A stretch of 64,000 nucleotides of DNA, from assembly GCF_030684315.1 (NCBI RefSeq), contig NC_081365.1:60938481-61002480 (forward strand), written 5' to 3'. The stretch's first letter is position 1. Each line of letters starts with the position of its first letter. Positions 15,201-25,834 of the stretch are shown piece after piece. This stretch comes from Stegostoma tigrinum (taxonomy: Eukaryota). The position numbers and the translations under genes are program-made. Under the pieces are notes generated by a model, which saw only the letters and a list, made by a program, of their open reading frames with translations, was not told the DNA's origin and ran no database searches.

Positions 15201-15335
15201 TGTGACAGACCTTCCTTGCTGTTAAGTCTCATTTCCCTTCATTACAATCTGTAAGTGAAGAGGCATTTTCTTACCATAGCTATCAGAGGTTTCATCATCC
15301 TGTGGAGAATTCTGTCTTTCCTTTTTCTTTCCCAT
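166..15335 (-). CDS. USP16: Ubiquitin carboxyl-terminal hydrolase 16, N-terminal 378 codons in 11 coding exons (gene continues beyond the window start)
   Basis: Exons 15275-15335, 12219-12373, 11027-11130, 10303-10406, 9708-9871, 9286-9381, 8099-8229, 7273-7360, 3682-3763, 1704-1795 and 166-222 all have GT-AG boundaries with consistent phases (1134 nt). Protein has MGKKK start, ZnF-UBP domain ([23 protein letters not shown]), Cys box ([16 protein letters not shown]), [15 protein letters not shown] and [10 protein letters not shown]. Neighbouring RWDD2B and LTN1 favour USP16 over its paralogue USP45. Confidence 0.95.
1704..1795 (-). CDS. USP16: USP16 exon ([30 protein letters not shown])
   Basis: tag acceptor, gtgaga donor, 92 nt; FVDRxFGG and CxxC motifs. 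Confidence 0.93.
3682..3763 (-). CDS. USP16: USP16 exon ([27 protein letters not shown])
   Basis: tag acceptor, gtaatt donor, 82 nt; phases fit both neighbouring exons. Confidence 0.88.
4514..5263. mobile_element. Fold-back Penelope-derived element, family A (two inverted 3' ends, 8-nt loop at 4877-4884)
   Basis: 4514-4876 is an imperfect reverse complement of 4885-5228; same terminal sequence as 61869-62230; hammerhead-like core at 5135-5162 with GAAA changed to AAAA. Confidence 0.85.
5494..5636 (-). mobile_element. Family B Penelope-derived element with hammerhead core
   Basis: Minus strand GAGTT-CTGAGGA-AGGCTCACCGGACCC-GAAACGTT-AATTC (core 5588-5559); flanking ATATAGGTG at 5485-5493 and 5637-5645. 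Confidence 0.8.
5880..6362 (+). mobile_element. Degenerate CR1 LINE 3' fragment (similar fragments at ~430-630, 11955-12160, 13850-14700, 24830-25355, 26520-27120, 43085-43330, 47360-47730, 52350-52720)
   Basis: [27 protein letters not shown]; CR1 3' UTR-like ggcagagcaggctcaagggg...ctgctcct. Confidence 0.75.
6503..6597 (+). mobile_element. Family B fragment with an intact hammerhead core
   Basis: CTGAGGA-AGGGTCACTGAACCC-GAAACGTT at 6505-6534, followed by the family B tail cacagatgctgccggacctgctgagcttttccagcaa. Confidence 0.8.
7273..7360 (-). CDS. USP16: USP16 exon ([29 protein letters not shown])
   Basis: tag acceptor, gtaagt donor, 88 nt; USP QQD box. Confidence 0.95.
8099..8229 (-). CDS. 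USP16: USP16 exon ([21 protein letters not shown]...[14 protein letters not shown])
   Basis: cag acceptor, gtgagt donor, 131 nt. Confidence 0.93.
9286..9381 (-). CDS. USP16: USP16 exon ([32 protein letters not shown])
   Basis: cag acceptor, gtaggt donor, 96 nt, phase 0/0. Confidence 0.9.
9708..9871 (-). CDS. USP16: USP16 exon with catalytic Cys box ([18 protein letters not shown])
   Basis: cag acceptor, gtgac donor, 164 nt; canonical USP Cys box. Confidence 0.95.
10303..10406 (-). CDS. USP16: USP16 exon ([26 protein letters not shown]...)
   Basis: cag acceptor, gtgagt donor, 104 nt; completes the WCYxCD motif. Confidence 0.92.
11027..11130 (-). CDS. USP16: USP16 exon, ZnF-UBP part 2 ([35 protein letters not shown])
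   Basis: tag acceptor, gtaggt donor, 104 nt. Confidence 0.93.
12219..12373 (-). CDS. USP16: USP16 exon, ZnF-UBP part 1 (SQCLHVRKG...WLCLKCGHQ)
   Basis: cag acceptor, gtaaat donor, 155 nt; matches ORF 12189..12374. Confidence 0.93.
13500..13790 (+). mobile_element. Degenerate DeuSINE-like fragment (similar at ~53110-53400 and ~7560-7770)
   Basis: cactgtcagaagtgccatc...ttcaggtggaaataaaagat...tgaagaacagg core recognised by eye only. Confidence 0.45.
15275..15335 (-). CDS. USP16: USP16 first coding exon, [20 protein letters not shown] (exon acceptor near 15361)
   Basis: ATG at 15335-15333, donor G|gtaag at 15274, phase 1; resembles the vertebrate USP16 N-terminus MGKKR... Confidence 0.85.
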
Positions 15336-16089
15336 TTCAATGTTGCTGCTGCAATACTCAACTATAGGGTTTGCAAAAACAGAAAGACAAATAAAAAATT
15401 AATCAGGTGTAAAACTGTGGTTTTACACAATCGCTTCAGGACAGATCTTGTAGCACAGTGGTAATGTCTCTCCCTCTAAGCTAGGAGGCCGGGCTTTAAG
15501 TCTGACCTGCCCCACGGTTGTGTCATAACATATCTGAACACGGTGATTAAAACGATGTCTTCATTAACTTCAGGTTCATTGTGTTATCATGTTAAAAATA
15601 ATTTCACAAACATGTACCACACAAAACACAAAAGGTCTGCAAGAAAAAATGTTGAATATTTCAGAATATTCAGCAGTGCACAAAATTCACATTCATGATT
15701 TCCTTCCCATCTCCCTCAAGTTATATTCTGTAATATTCCAAATCTCACCGCATTAATCATTCATTTGAAGGAAAAAAATCTCTCCCTGGTTTCTCACAAA
15801 TTCACCCTTAAGCTCCTAACTCCTTTGGTGCATTGTCTGTAGCTAAGAGAAATGTATTTTTGCCTCCAAGTCAGAAATTGTCTTATCCCACGAAAGAGAG
15901 CACAAAACCTACATTCGCATTTCCACACAGTACTGAATTGTGCAAAACCAATCTTAACTGAGATTCCATATGCCTCTTGGTCGGATGCAAAAGATTCCAG
16001 ATCACTGTTACAATTTACTTGCTGCCCTGAGAAACATTCACATCTCAACCAACACAACAAAGGACAGATTGACAAAAAATTTTGTTCGT

Positions 16090-16685
16090 GGAACATAGAA
16101 ACATAGAAGACAGGAGCAGGAGGAGGCCACTTGGCCCTTCAACCTTACTCTGCCATTCTTCATGATCATGGCCGATTGTCCACCTCAATAGTCTAATCCT
16201 GCTTTCTCTCCATAAACTTTGATCCCATTCTCCCAAAGTGCTATATCTGGTCACCTCTTGACTAGATTAAATGTTTTGGCATCAACTACTTCCTGTGGTA
16301 ATGAATTCCACAGGCTCACCACTCCTTGGGTGAAGAAATGTCTCATCTCCGTCCTAAATCGTCGACCCCAAATCCTCATTGTGACTTTTGGTTCTGGACA
16401 TTCCCCCCATCGGGAACATCCTCCCTGCATCTACCCTGTCTAATCCTATCAGAATTCTACAAGTCTCTATGAGATTCCTCCCTCATTCATCTGAACTCCA
16501 GCGAAAACAATCCCAAGCTAGTCAATCTCTCCTCATACGTCGAACCCACCATCCTGTTATCAGCCTGGTAAACTTTTGCTGCACTCCCTTGAGAGCAAGA
16601 GCATCCTTCCTCAGAAAAGGATACCAAAACTGCATACAATATTCCAGGTGTGGTCTCACCAAGGCCCTATACAACTGCAACAACA
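16090..16685 (-). mobile_element. CR1 LINE 3' fragment
   Basis: [27 protein letters not shown]; gaacatagaaacatagaa tail. Confidence 0.88.
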
Positions 16686-18455
16686 ATGTTGTGTCCAAAT
16701 GGTGTATTAAGTTTCCTTCAACACTGACTATAACTTCAGACCATTTGATTAGCTGCAAGGCAGACTGCAACACTTCTCAGGTTTGGCAAAATGTTATACA
16801 CAGGTAAATCTTTCTCTGGTTCTCAACCATGTCTAATACTACTGATTTGCAAAATTGTTACTTTCTCTATGCTGCTGATGCTCATTCCTGACGATTACTC
16901 ATCTCCTTTCATTGCTTCCATTTGGAGCACAGAGGAGTACTCCAAGTTCAGAAGAGTGAAAACTCAAGCAAACAGAGAATACACGTTCTAGTTCACCAGA
17001 TCTCACCTAACCGTATAAGAAAGCTACTAAACCATTCTGGAGAATTAATGTAACCAAAGACATCGAATAGGAGGAAGCAGACAATGAGAAATAGGTATTT
17101 TGAAGAGACTGCAGTATCTGCAGAATATTGCCTCTTCAAAACACCTATTTCCTATTGTCTGCTTCCTCCTATTCAATAAAGTATTTTCATCTACAAGATT
17201 GAGAGTTGCTATGAAATGGACCTTACTACTACTTCCCCCAGCTTTGCACTCAGCTGTCCTGATGCTCTGCTATTCTGCTTTTTTTCAATCTCTCAATGCT
17301 ACTGCACTCTCTCTCAGTTTATTGATAAAAAACAAAAGATTGGAATAACAGAAATATATGCCTTGCTGTACCTTTTTGGGAGTATTTAAGATGATTGATT
17401 TTTGGTTTATTTTGATTTTGTTGGTCATATCAATTTATACTTAATATCGAAAATATTAGCAGGAATACAGGAGCAGTTCAGGAAATAATCACAGACAAGG
17501 AAACCTAAAGAATGCATACGACATCCAGTGAACCATTTCTAGAAGGTAAGAATGCAAACCTAACTGACTGCATTTCAAAATAGCTGAGTTTTTTGGGAAT
17601 ACTTTTGCTATTGGGAAAGATGAATTAAAAGTAACAAGTGCAGATCTCAGAGGCATGTAAACTAAGCAATAACGATGTACAGAAACAAGATTGGAAAGAA
17701 TTAGAGACCATGGCATCACCTAACGGGGAAATTATCCAACTGTGTTCAAAGGGTTGAGAAAACAGGACTTGAAAGGTCTTTGGAAGATTAACTTTGGTGA
17801 AGCAGGGAGGGGAGATCTGGTAAAAGCTAAAGGAGTTCAACTTTAAATTTAAAGACACCATACTCATAGAGACTGCTATGTTATATGTGAGAGATGTGGG
17901 GTTTTCTGACATGCTAAGAAGTTAGAGGGCAATACCGTTTCTGTAGTTTAGCGAATTGGTTGCCCAGTAAGAAATGTTTAGCCATGTTGATTTTAGATTA
18001 TCACAGTAAAACTTTCAAATCGATGTAATCCTTTTGTATTGTCACTGGAGAACTCATTTTTTAAAAATTAATGATCTGTATGGTGATCAAAAGATGGAGC
18101 ACAAACAGTATTATTTTCCATAATCCCAAACCTCCAAGAGTTCAGACTCAATTTATTTAGTTTTAGCAACAGATGAGCTCTTTTGCTATCATCTATTCCT
18201 CCATTAACCCTTCAGCTTCATTGTTGTCCTTTAAGATGCTGCTTGAACCTTTGTCTTTCATTAAGACTTCTGCCCACATATCTGAGGTGGCTCAGCATCA
18301 TTTATTTCGGAATGCTTCCCATGAATTGCCTGCTAATCTATTATGTTAAAAGTACAACGTAATCAAAAGAAGCAAAATGTACAATGTAGGAGGAGGAGCA
18401 GGTCATTAAATGAGAGAAAGATGACACTTCAATCAAATAAATCAGGAATCTGTCA

Positions 18456-18651
18456 CAGAGACAGCAGGAACTGGCAATGCTGGAGAATCTGAGATAGCAC
18501 GGTGTGAAGTTGGATGAACACAGCAGGCCAAGCAGCATCAGAGCAGCAGCAAAGTTTGATATTAAGGGTCTCGACCCGAAATATCAAACGTTCCTGCTCC
18601 TCTGATGCTGGTTGGCTTGCTGTGTTCATCCAGCTTCACACCGTGTTAACT
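18456..18651. mobile_element. Short fold-back family A element with 12-bp target-site duplication
   Basis: AGGAATCTGTCA at 18444-18455 and 18652-18663; internal inverted arms. Confidence 0.85.
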
Positions 18652-18909
18652 AGGAATCTGTCAGATAATTAGTTGAAACATGTGACTTCTTGTCCCGCCT
18701 CCCCCCCCCCCCCCAGTGGCCCTTCTCCTCCCCTTTTCTCCCACATTCCCATTATGCCCTAGCCCTATTCCCATATGATCCCCAAGGCACTTCCCCTACA
18801 AAACCTGTTGTCCCCACCCATGGGGATCCTTCAACTATTCTCCCCGACCTCCCATGTCGACCCACCCACGGGGGCCCTTCAATTTTTCCCCCTGACCTCC
18901 CAAGTCATC

Positions 18910-21900
18910 CCCACCCACAGGAGCCCTTCCCCCCGCCCCACCTACTGTGCCTCCCCCACCCACAGGAGCCACTCCCCACCACATCCTGTGCCTCCCCCAT
19001 CCACGGGAGCCCCTCCCCCCCACCTCCTGTGCCTCCCCCATCCACGGGAGCCCCTCCCCCCCACCTCCTGTGCCTCCCCCATCCACGGGAGCCCCTCCCC
19101 CCGACCTCCTGTGCCTCCCCCATCCACGGGAGCCACTCCCCCCACCTCCTGTGCCTCCCCCATCCACGGGAGCCCCTCCTCCCCCCCACCACCTGTGCCT
19201 CCCCCAATCCACGGGAGCCGCTCCTACCCCCACCTCCTGTGCCTCCCCCAACCACAGGAGCCCCTCCCCCCCACCTCCTGTGCCTCCCCAATCCACGGGT
19301 GCCCCTCCCCCCCACCTCCTGTGCCTCCCCCATCCACGAGAGCCCCTCCCCCCCACCTCCTGTGCCTCCCCCATCCACGGGAGCCCCTCCCCCCCACCTC
19401 CTGTGCCTCCCCCATCCACGGGAGTGCCTCCCCCATCCACGGGAGTGCCTCCCCCAACCACGGGAGCCCCTCCCCCCCCACCTCCTGTGCCTCCCCCATC
19501 CACGGGAACCCCTCCTCCCCCCACCTCCTTGCCTCGCCCCCCCCACGTCCTGTGCCTCCCCCATCCACGGGAGCCGCACCTACCCCCACCTCCTGTGCCT
19601 CCCCCATCCACGGGAGCCCCTCCCCCCCACCTCCTGTGCCTCCCCCTCCACGGGAGCCGCCCCTCCCCCCCCACCTCCTGTGCCTGCCTCCCCCCCACCT
19701 CCTGTGCCTGCCTCCCCCCCCCCCACCTCCTGTGCCTGCCTCCCCCCCCCACCTCCTGTGCCTGCCTCCCCCCCCCCACCTCCTGTGCCTGCCTCCCCCC
19801 CCCCACCTCCTGTGCCTGCCTCCCCCCCCCCCACCTCCTGTGCCTGCCTCCCCCCCCCCCACCTCCTGTGCCTGCCTCCCCCCCCCCACCTCCTGTGCCT
19901 GCCTCCCCCCCCCCCACCTCCTGTGCCTGCCTGCCTCCCCCCCCCCACCTCCTGTGCCTGCCTGCCTCCCCCCCCCCCACCTCCTGTGCCTGCCTGCCTC
20001 CCCCCCCCACCTCCTGTGCCTGCCTGCCTCCCCCCCCCCACCTCCTGTGCCTGCCTGCCTCCCCCCCCCCACCTCCTGTGCCTGCCTGCCTCCCCCCCCC
20101 CACCTCCTGTGCCTGCCTGCCTCCCCCCCCACCTCCTGTGCCTGCCTGCCTCCCCCCCCACCTCCTGTGCCTGCCTGCCTCCCCCCCCCCACCTCCTGTG
20201 CCTGCCTCCCCCCCCCCCCACCTCCCCCACCTCCTGTGCCTGCCTCCCCCCCCCCCACCTCCTGTGCCTGCCTCCCCCCCCACCTCCTGTGCCTGCCTCC
20301 CCCCCCCCACCTCCTGTGCCTGCCTCCCCCCCCCCACCTCCTGTGCCTGCCTCCCCCCCCCCACCTCCTGTGCCTGCCTCCCCCCCCCCACCTCCTGTGC
20401 CTGCCTTCCCCCCCCCCACCTCCTGTGCCTGCCTCCCCCCCCCCACCACCTCCCCCACCTCCTGTGCCTGCCTCCCCCCCCCCACCTCCCCCACCTCCTG
20501 TGCCTGCCTCCCCCCCCACCTCCTGTGCCTGCCTCCCCCCCCCCCACCTCCTGTGCCTGCCTCCCCCCCCCCACCTCCTGTGCCTGCCTCCCCCCCCCCA
20601 CCTCCTGTGCCTGCCTCCCCCCCCCCACCTCCTGTGCCTGCCTCCCCCCCCCACCTCCTGTGCCTGCCTCCCCCCCCCCACCTCCTGTGCCTGCCTTCCC
20701 CCCCCCCACCTCCTGTGCCTGCCTCCCCCCCCCACCACCTCCCCCACCTCCTGTGCCTGCCTCCCCCCCCCACCTCCCCCACCTCCTGTGCCTGCCTCCC
20801 CCCCCCCACCTCCTGTGCCTGCCTCCCCCCCCCCACCTCCTGTGCCTGCCTCCCCCCCCCCACCTCCTGTGCCTGCCTCCCCCCCCCCCACCTCCTGTGC
20901 CTGCCTCCCCCCCCCCCCACCTCCTGTGCCTGCCTCCCCCCCCCCCACCTCCTGTGCCTGCCTCCCCCCCCCACCTCCTGTGCCTGCCTCCCCCCCACCA
21001 CCTCCCCCACCTCCTGTGCCTGCCTCCCCCCCCCACCACCTCCCCCACCTCCTGTGCCTGCCTCCCCCCCCCACCTCCTGTGCCTGCCTCCCCCCCCCCA
21101 CCTCCTGTGCCTGCCTCCCCCCCACCACCTCCCCCACCTCCTGTGCCTGCCTCCCCCCCCCACCACCTCCCCCACCTCCTGTGCCTGCCTCCCCCCCCCA
21201 CCTCCTGTGCCTGCCTCCCCCCCCCCACCTCCTGTGCCTGCCTCCCCCCCCCCACCTCCTGTGCCTGCCTCCCCCCCCCCCACCTCCTGTGCCTGCCTCC
21301 CCCCCCCCACCTCCCCCACCTCCTGTGCCTGCCTCCCCCCCCCACCACCTCCCCCACCTCCTGTGCCTGCCTCCCCCCCCCCACCTCCTGTGCCTGCCTC
21401 CCCCCCCCCACCTCCTGTGCCTGCCTCCCCCCCCCCACCTCCTGTGCCTGCCTCCCCCCCCCCACCTCCTGTGCCTGCCTCCCCCCCCCCCCCCACCTCC
21501 TGTGCCTGCCTCCCCCCCCCCCCACCTCCTGTGCCTGCCTCCCCCCCCCCCACCTCCTGTGCCTGCCTCCCCCCCCCACCTCCTGTGCCTGCCTCCCCCC
21601 CCCCCACCTCCCCCACCTCCTGTGCCTGCCTCCCCCCCCCACCACCTCCCCCACCTCCTGTGCCTGCCTCCCCCCCCCCACCTCCTGTGCCTGCCTCCCC
21701 CCCCCACCTCCTGTGCCTGCCTCCCCCCCCCCACCTCCTGTGCCTGCCTCCCCCCCCCCACCTCCTGTGCCTGCCTCCCCCCCCCCACCTCCTGTGCCTG
21801 CCTCCCCCCCCCCCACCTCCTGTGCCTGCCTCCCCCCCCCCCCCACCTCCTGTGCCTGCCTCCCCCCCCCACCACCTCCCCCACCTCCTGTGCCTGCCTC

Positions 21901-22870
21901 CCCCCCCCACCACCTCCCCCACCACCTCCCCCACCTCCTGTGCCTGCCTCCCCCCCCCCACCACCTCCCCCACCTCCTGTGCCTGCCTCCCCCCCCCACC
22001 ACCTCCCCCACCTCCTGTGCCTGCCTCCCCCCCCCACCACCTCCCCCACCTCCTGTGCCTGCCTCCCCCCCCCCACCACCTCCCCCACCTCCTGTGCCTG
22101 CCTCCCCCCACCACCACCTCCCCCACCTCCTGTGCCTGCCTCCCCCACCTCCTGTGCCTGCCTCCCCCCCCCCCCGCCTCCCCCCCCCGCCTCCCCCACC
22201 TCCTGTGCCTGCCTCCCCCCCCCCCGCCTCCCCCCCCGCCTCCCCCCCACCTCCTGTGCCTCCCCCATCCACAGGAACCCCTCCTCCCCCCACCTCCTGT
22301 GCCTCCCCCCCCCCCACCTCCTGTGCCTCCCCCCCCCCCACCTCCTGTGCCTCCCCCCCCCCCCCACCTCCTGTGCCTCCCCCCCCCCACCTCCTGTGCC
22401 GCCCCCCCCCCACCTCCTGTGCCTCCCCCCCCCCCACCTCCTGTGCCTCCCCCCCCCCCACCTCCTGTGCCTCCCCCCCCCCCCACCTCCTGTGCCTCCC
22501 CCCCCCCCACCTCCTGTGCCTCCCCCCCCCCCCACCTCCTGTGCCTCCCCCCCCCCCACCTCCTGTGCCTCCCCCCCCCCCCACCTCCTGTGCCTCCCCC
22601 CCCCCCCACCTCCTGTGCCTCCCCCCCCCCCCACCTCCTGTGCCTCCCCCCCCCCCCACCTCCTGTGCCTCCCCCCCCCCCCACCTCCTGTGCCTCCCCC
22701 CCCCCCCACCTCCTGTGCCTCCCCCCCCCCCACCTCCTGTGCCTCCCCCCCCCCCCACCTCCTGTGCCTCCTCCCCCCCCCCCACCTCCTGTGCCTCCCC
22801 CCCCACCTCCTGTGCCTCCCCCATCCCTCCCCCATCCACGGGAGCCCTTCCCCCCGACCTCCTGTGCCAC
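18910..22870. repeat. ~4 kb C-rich minisatellite, core CACCTCCTGTGCC(TGCC)0-2 T(C)n, with ~42 bp units at the edges
   Basis: More than 100 directly visible tandem units; degenerate GGGCCCTTCAACTATTCCC-type repeats flank both sides (~18820-18900 and ~22880-23930). Confidence 0.97.
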
Positions 22871-24039
22871 CCCCAGCCATGGGGCCCTTCAACTATTCCC
22901 CCACTCTCCTATTCCTCCCATTTCCTATCCAACTCCCCTAATCCTGCCCCCATCCACAGGGCCCTTCAACTATTTCATCTGCCCTCCCCCATCATTCACA
23001 TCCACGCATGCCTTCAACTATTCCCCTCGCTCCTATTCTTCCCCCACTAATCCACACGGCCCTTCAACTATTCCTGCCTCTCCCTCCCCAATCCACGGGG
23101 CCCTTCAACTATTCCCCACCCTTCTCCCATCCCTCCCCTGTCCATGGGATTTCTCCCCCATCCACAGGAGCCCTTCCACCCCCTCTCCTATTCCCCCCCT
23201 CCACGCGAGCCCGCACCCCCGTTCCACCCCTCCACGCAAGCCCGCACCCCCATTCCCCCTCTCCTATTCCCCCCATTCCTCCTATTCCCCCCCATCTGCA
23301 CAAATCTTTCAACTATTCCCCTCTCTCCTATTTCTCACCCATCCACATGCGCTCTTCCCCTCTCTCCTATTCCTCCCCTACACCTATCACACCGCCCCCT
23401 TACATCAGCCCCTTACCTGATCATTCTCCAGCCGCATGGCAGGCCCCTATTCCCGCCGTGTCCCCACCACCCCACACATCCACAGGTCCCATCCCCCACC
23501 CCAGCCATGGGGGGGCATGCTCCTATCCCATCCACCCCCCACCTCACACACACCCACCACCCCATCGAAAGGCCACTTCCCTGTCATTCCCACACAACTC
23601 ATGCATGGGGCTCTTCTCCTGTCAATCTCCATCCACAAGGCCCTTCCTTTATTCCCTACACCCTGTCACCATCCCATCAATGGGGCAGGCATGCCCCTAT
23701 CCCATACCACCCCTCATCACAACCTCCCCATTCATGGGGCATACCCCTATCCCATGTGCCGCTAATCCACGGGGCCCTTGCCCTAACAAACCGCCCCATC
23801 CACGGGGCCCTTCCCCTATCATCACCCCTCGTCTCACGTCCACGTGGCCCTTCCCTTATCATCATCATCATCATCACCTCTTCTCCTGCCCCCCTCAATA
23901 TCCACGGGGCCCATCCCCTATCCCTTACCTATGGGTCCCTTCTCCTCCCTCTCCCCTTTCTACTCCCCCAGGTGATGGTCAGTGGGAAGGTGAGTAGCTC
24001 TCCCTCCTGGTGCCTGTTGCCTCCCCTGCGCCGCATTAC

Positions 24040-24100
24040 CTGCCGGTCTCCGGGGAAGGCCGCTGCCTCGCCGGATCTCCTCGCTGGTCAGCAGCGTGCA
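24040..24100 (-). other. USP16: Probable non-coding first exon of USP16 (5' end uncertain)
   Basis: Minus-strand donor CAG|gtaatg at 24040/24039 inside the CpG-rich island; the ATG-bearing exon has an acceptor upstream of its ATG, so a 5' UTR exon is required. Confidence 0.55.
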
Positions 24101-24119
24101 GCATGGCGCATGCGCAACC

Positions 24120-24206
24120 GGTCGGTACGGACGGTGTCCGGGAAGTGCCAGGAATGAGCAGCGGTTCCGGGGGCCGAGAGGCTCGGGGACGGAGTGTTTC
24201 AATCAG
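24120..24206 (+). other. RWDD2B: Probable first exon of RWDD2B (5' end uncertain; contains an upstream ATG at 24154)
   Basis: Donor CAG|gtactg at 24207; next clear RWDD2B acceptor is ttttcag| at 31150. Confidence 0.5.
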
Positions 24207-25659
24207 GTACTGAACACCGCTCCATTTCATGTAAAAATGGCTCATAACTGACCTGTCAGGCCATAGGCAGGTATTCCATCCCTTCACTAAATTAGAACAA
24301 GTTTAACTTGTCCGGACATACTTACATTTAACTTCCATTTAAGTTAAGCTTTGACCAGGTCTTTTATAGCCGTCGTGTGTGTTTATTTATGTGTGTAAAT
24401 GCTCCGTAAAATGTCATTTATGGCCCTGTACTTTGGTCTTTGGGACTTTAATGGAACATTTATACACATCGGTCAAAGCTTTCGTTTCCTTCCGAAAGTA
24501 CGATGACATTTTTTGACAATGACAGTAGAGACTGAAGAAAGTGCAACGACAATGGTGTCATTTGTGATGGCAGTTCACTGTTAAATACAGTATCAGATGT
24601 GTTCGTAAATTCGTTCAGCAATTTTTGAAGAACTAAGAAGCATAGGAAATGTGAAATATTTAAATGGAGAGAAACCGCAGAACCCAGACACAGAAGAACC
24701 TGCTAGATGAATCACAAAGCTTGAATGGGGTATAACAAATGATTCAAGTCGAATTAAACTTTGTCCGTTACTGCAAGGTGAATGGAATATACAAATAGGG
24801 AAGTTTTAGCGCATTGCTGTGTTTAATGAAACCACAACAGAAGTACTGTGTACGCTTTTGATCTTCCTACCTCGGGGACAGAATTGCATTAGAAACAGTT
24901 CATCAAATAGTCGTTCAGTGTATTACTGAGATGGATGTCTTAAGAGGAAACGTTGACCAGGTTGGGCCTTCACTTATTCGAGTTCGAGTGGTGATCATAT
25001 TGAAATATGAAGGAACTTAATAGGCTGGATGCTACAAGGATGTTTCTACTAATGAGCAATACAAGAATTTGAGGTGTGTGCAGGGACAGACTGTTTAAGA
25101 GGAGGTCAGGACTGAGACGAAAATATTTTTTCACTTAAAGGTCAATAACTTGTTAATTTGCTTCTGTACAGTAGTGAGCCTGGTACACTGAGTATATCTA
25201 AGGCTAAGTTAATAGCTTATTGATTGAGAGGGGAGTCAAGTGTTTTGTGATCCGACAAAAAAATGAAACTGAAACCCTATTCAGATCAGTCATGATCTTT
25301 ACAAGTGGTGAAGAAGGCTCAAGGGACCGAATAGCTTTTGACTGCTCCTAATTCACAGGTTTGCGGGTATGCCTGGAAATATTCAGTTTCCAATTGAGTG
25401 GAAGAGTATGTTTTAACTACAGAAAGAATAGCAGCTTTGATAACAATCTCTTCAGTTGAACTTTTGAGAGGTGGAATGGCTGAAGCAATTCATAAAGACA
25501 TTGTTAGGATAGCTCTTAAAAAATAGCACCAGTTAAGCTTACCTTTAACTCTTCGTCTTAGGTGTTGAACAAATGTTCATTGTAAATCTATCATAAAATC
25601 AGTCACTTTTCATCCACAAGTGTGATCTCCATCTAGAACAGGTCAATTTGTGACGATGC

Positions 25660-25834
25660 AACAAAGAACTGTGGATGCTGGAAATCTGAAAAAAAAACAG
25701 AAATTGCAGAGAAACTCAGCAGGTCTGGCAGCATCAGAACTACTCTGAAGAGGGGTAGTTGGACTTGAAAAGTTAACCCTTTTTTCCCCACAGATGCTGT
25801 CAGACCTACTGAGTTTGTCCAGCAATTTGTTTCA
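25660..25834. mobile_element. Short fold-back family B element
   Basis: aaactcagcaggtctggcagcatc / gatgctgtcagacctactgagttt arms; degenerate CTGAAGA...GAAAAGTTAAC in the loop. Confidence 0.75.

Larger units (their letters stand above)
24020..24210. promoter_or_regulatory. CpG-rich bidirectional promoter for USP16 (-) and RWDD2B (+)
   Basis: Local CpG cluster in CpG-depleted DNA; NRF1-type palindrome GCGCATGCGC at 24106-24115; ETS-like GGAAGT at 24141-24146; outward-facing splice donors at 24039 (-) and 24207 (+). Confidence 0.7.

Noticed and set aside
18456-18651. Short hairpins as pre-miRNAs or DNA-transposon MITEs
   Set aside because: Arms match Penelope 3' ends seen at 61869-62000, ends are asymmetric and TSDs are 12-14 bp; small-RNA production is not excluded but not shown
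19670-22820. Repeat-spacer pattern superficially like a CRISPR array
   Set aside because: The 'spacers' are only poly-C runs, there are no unique spacers or cas genes, and the context is vertebrate
18690-24157. Giant Pro-rich and Gly-rich ORFs (up to 1576 aa) resembling extensin or formin FH1
   Set aside because: All six frames are open because the repeat unit lacks stop codons; the peptide pattern jumps between frames with poly-C length; the region lies in a USP16 intron
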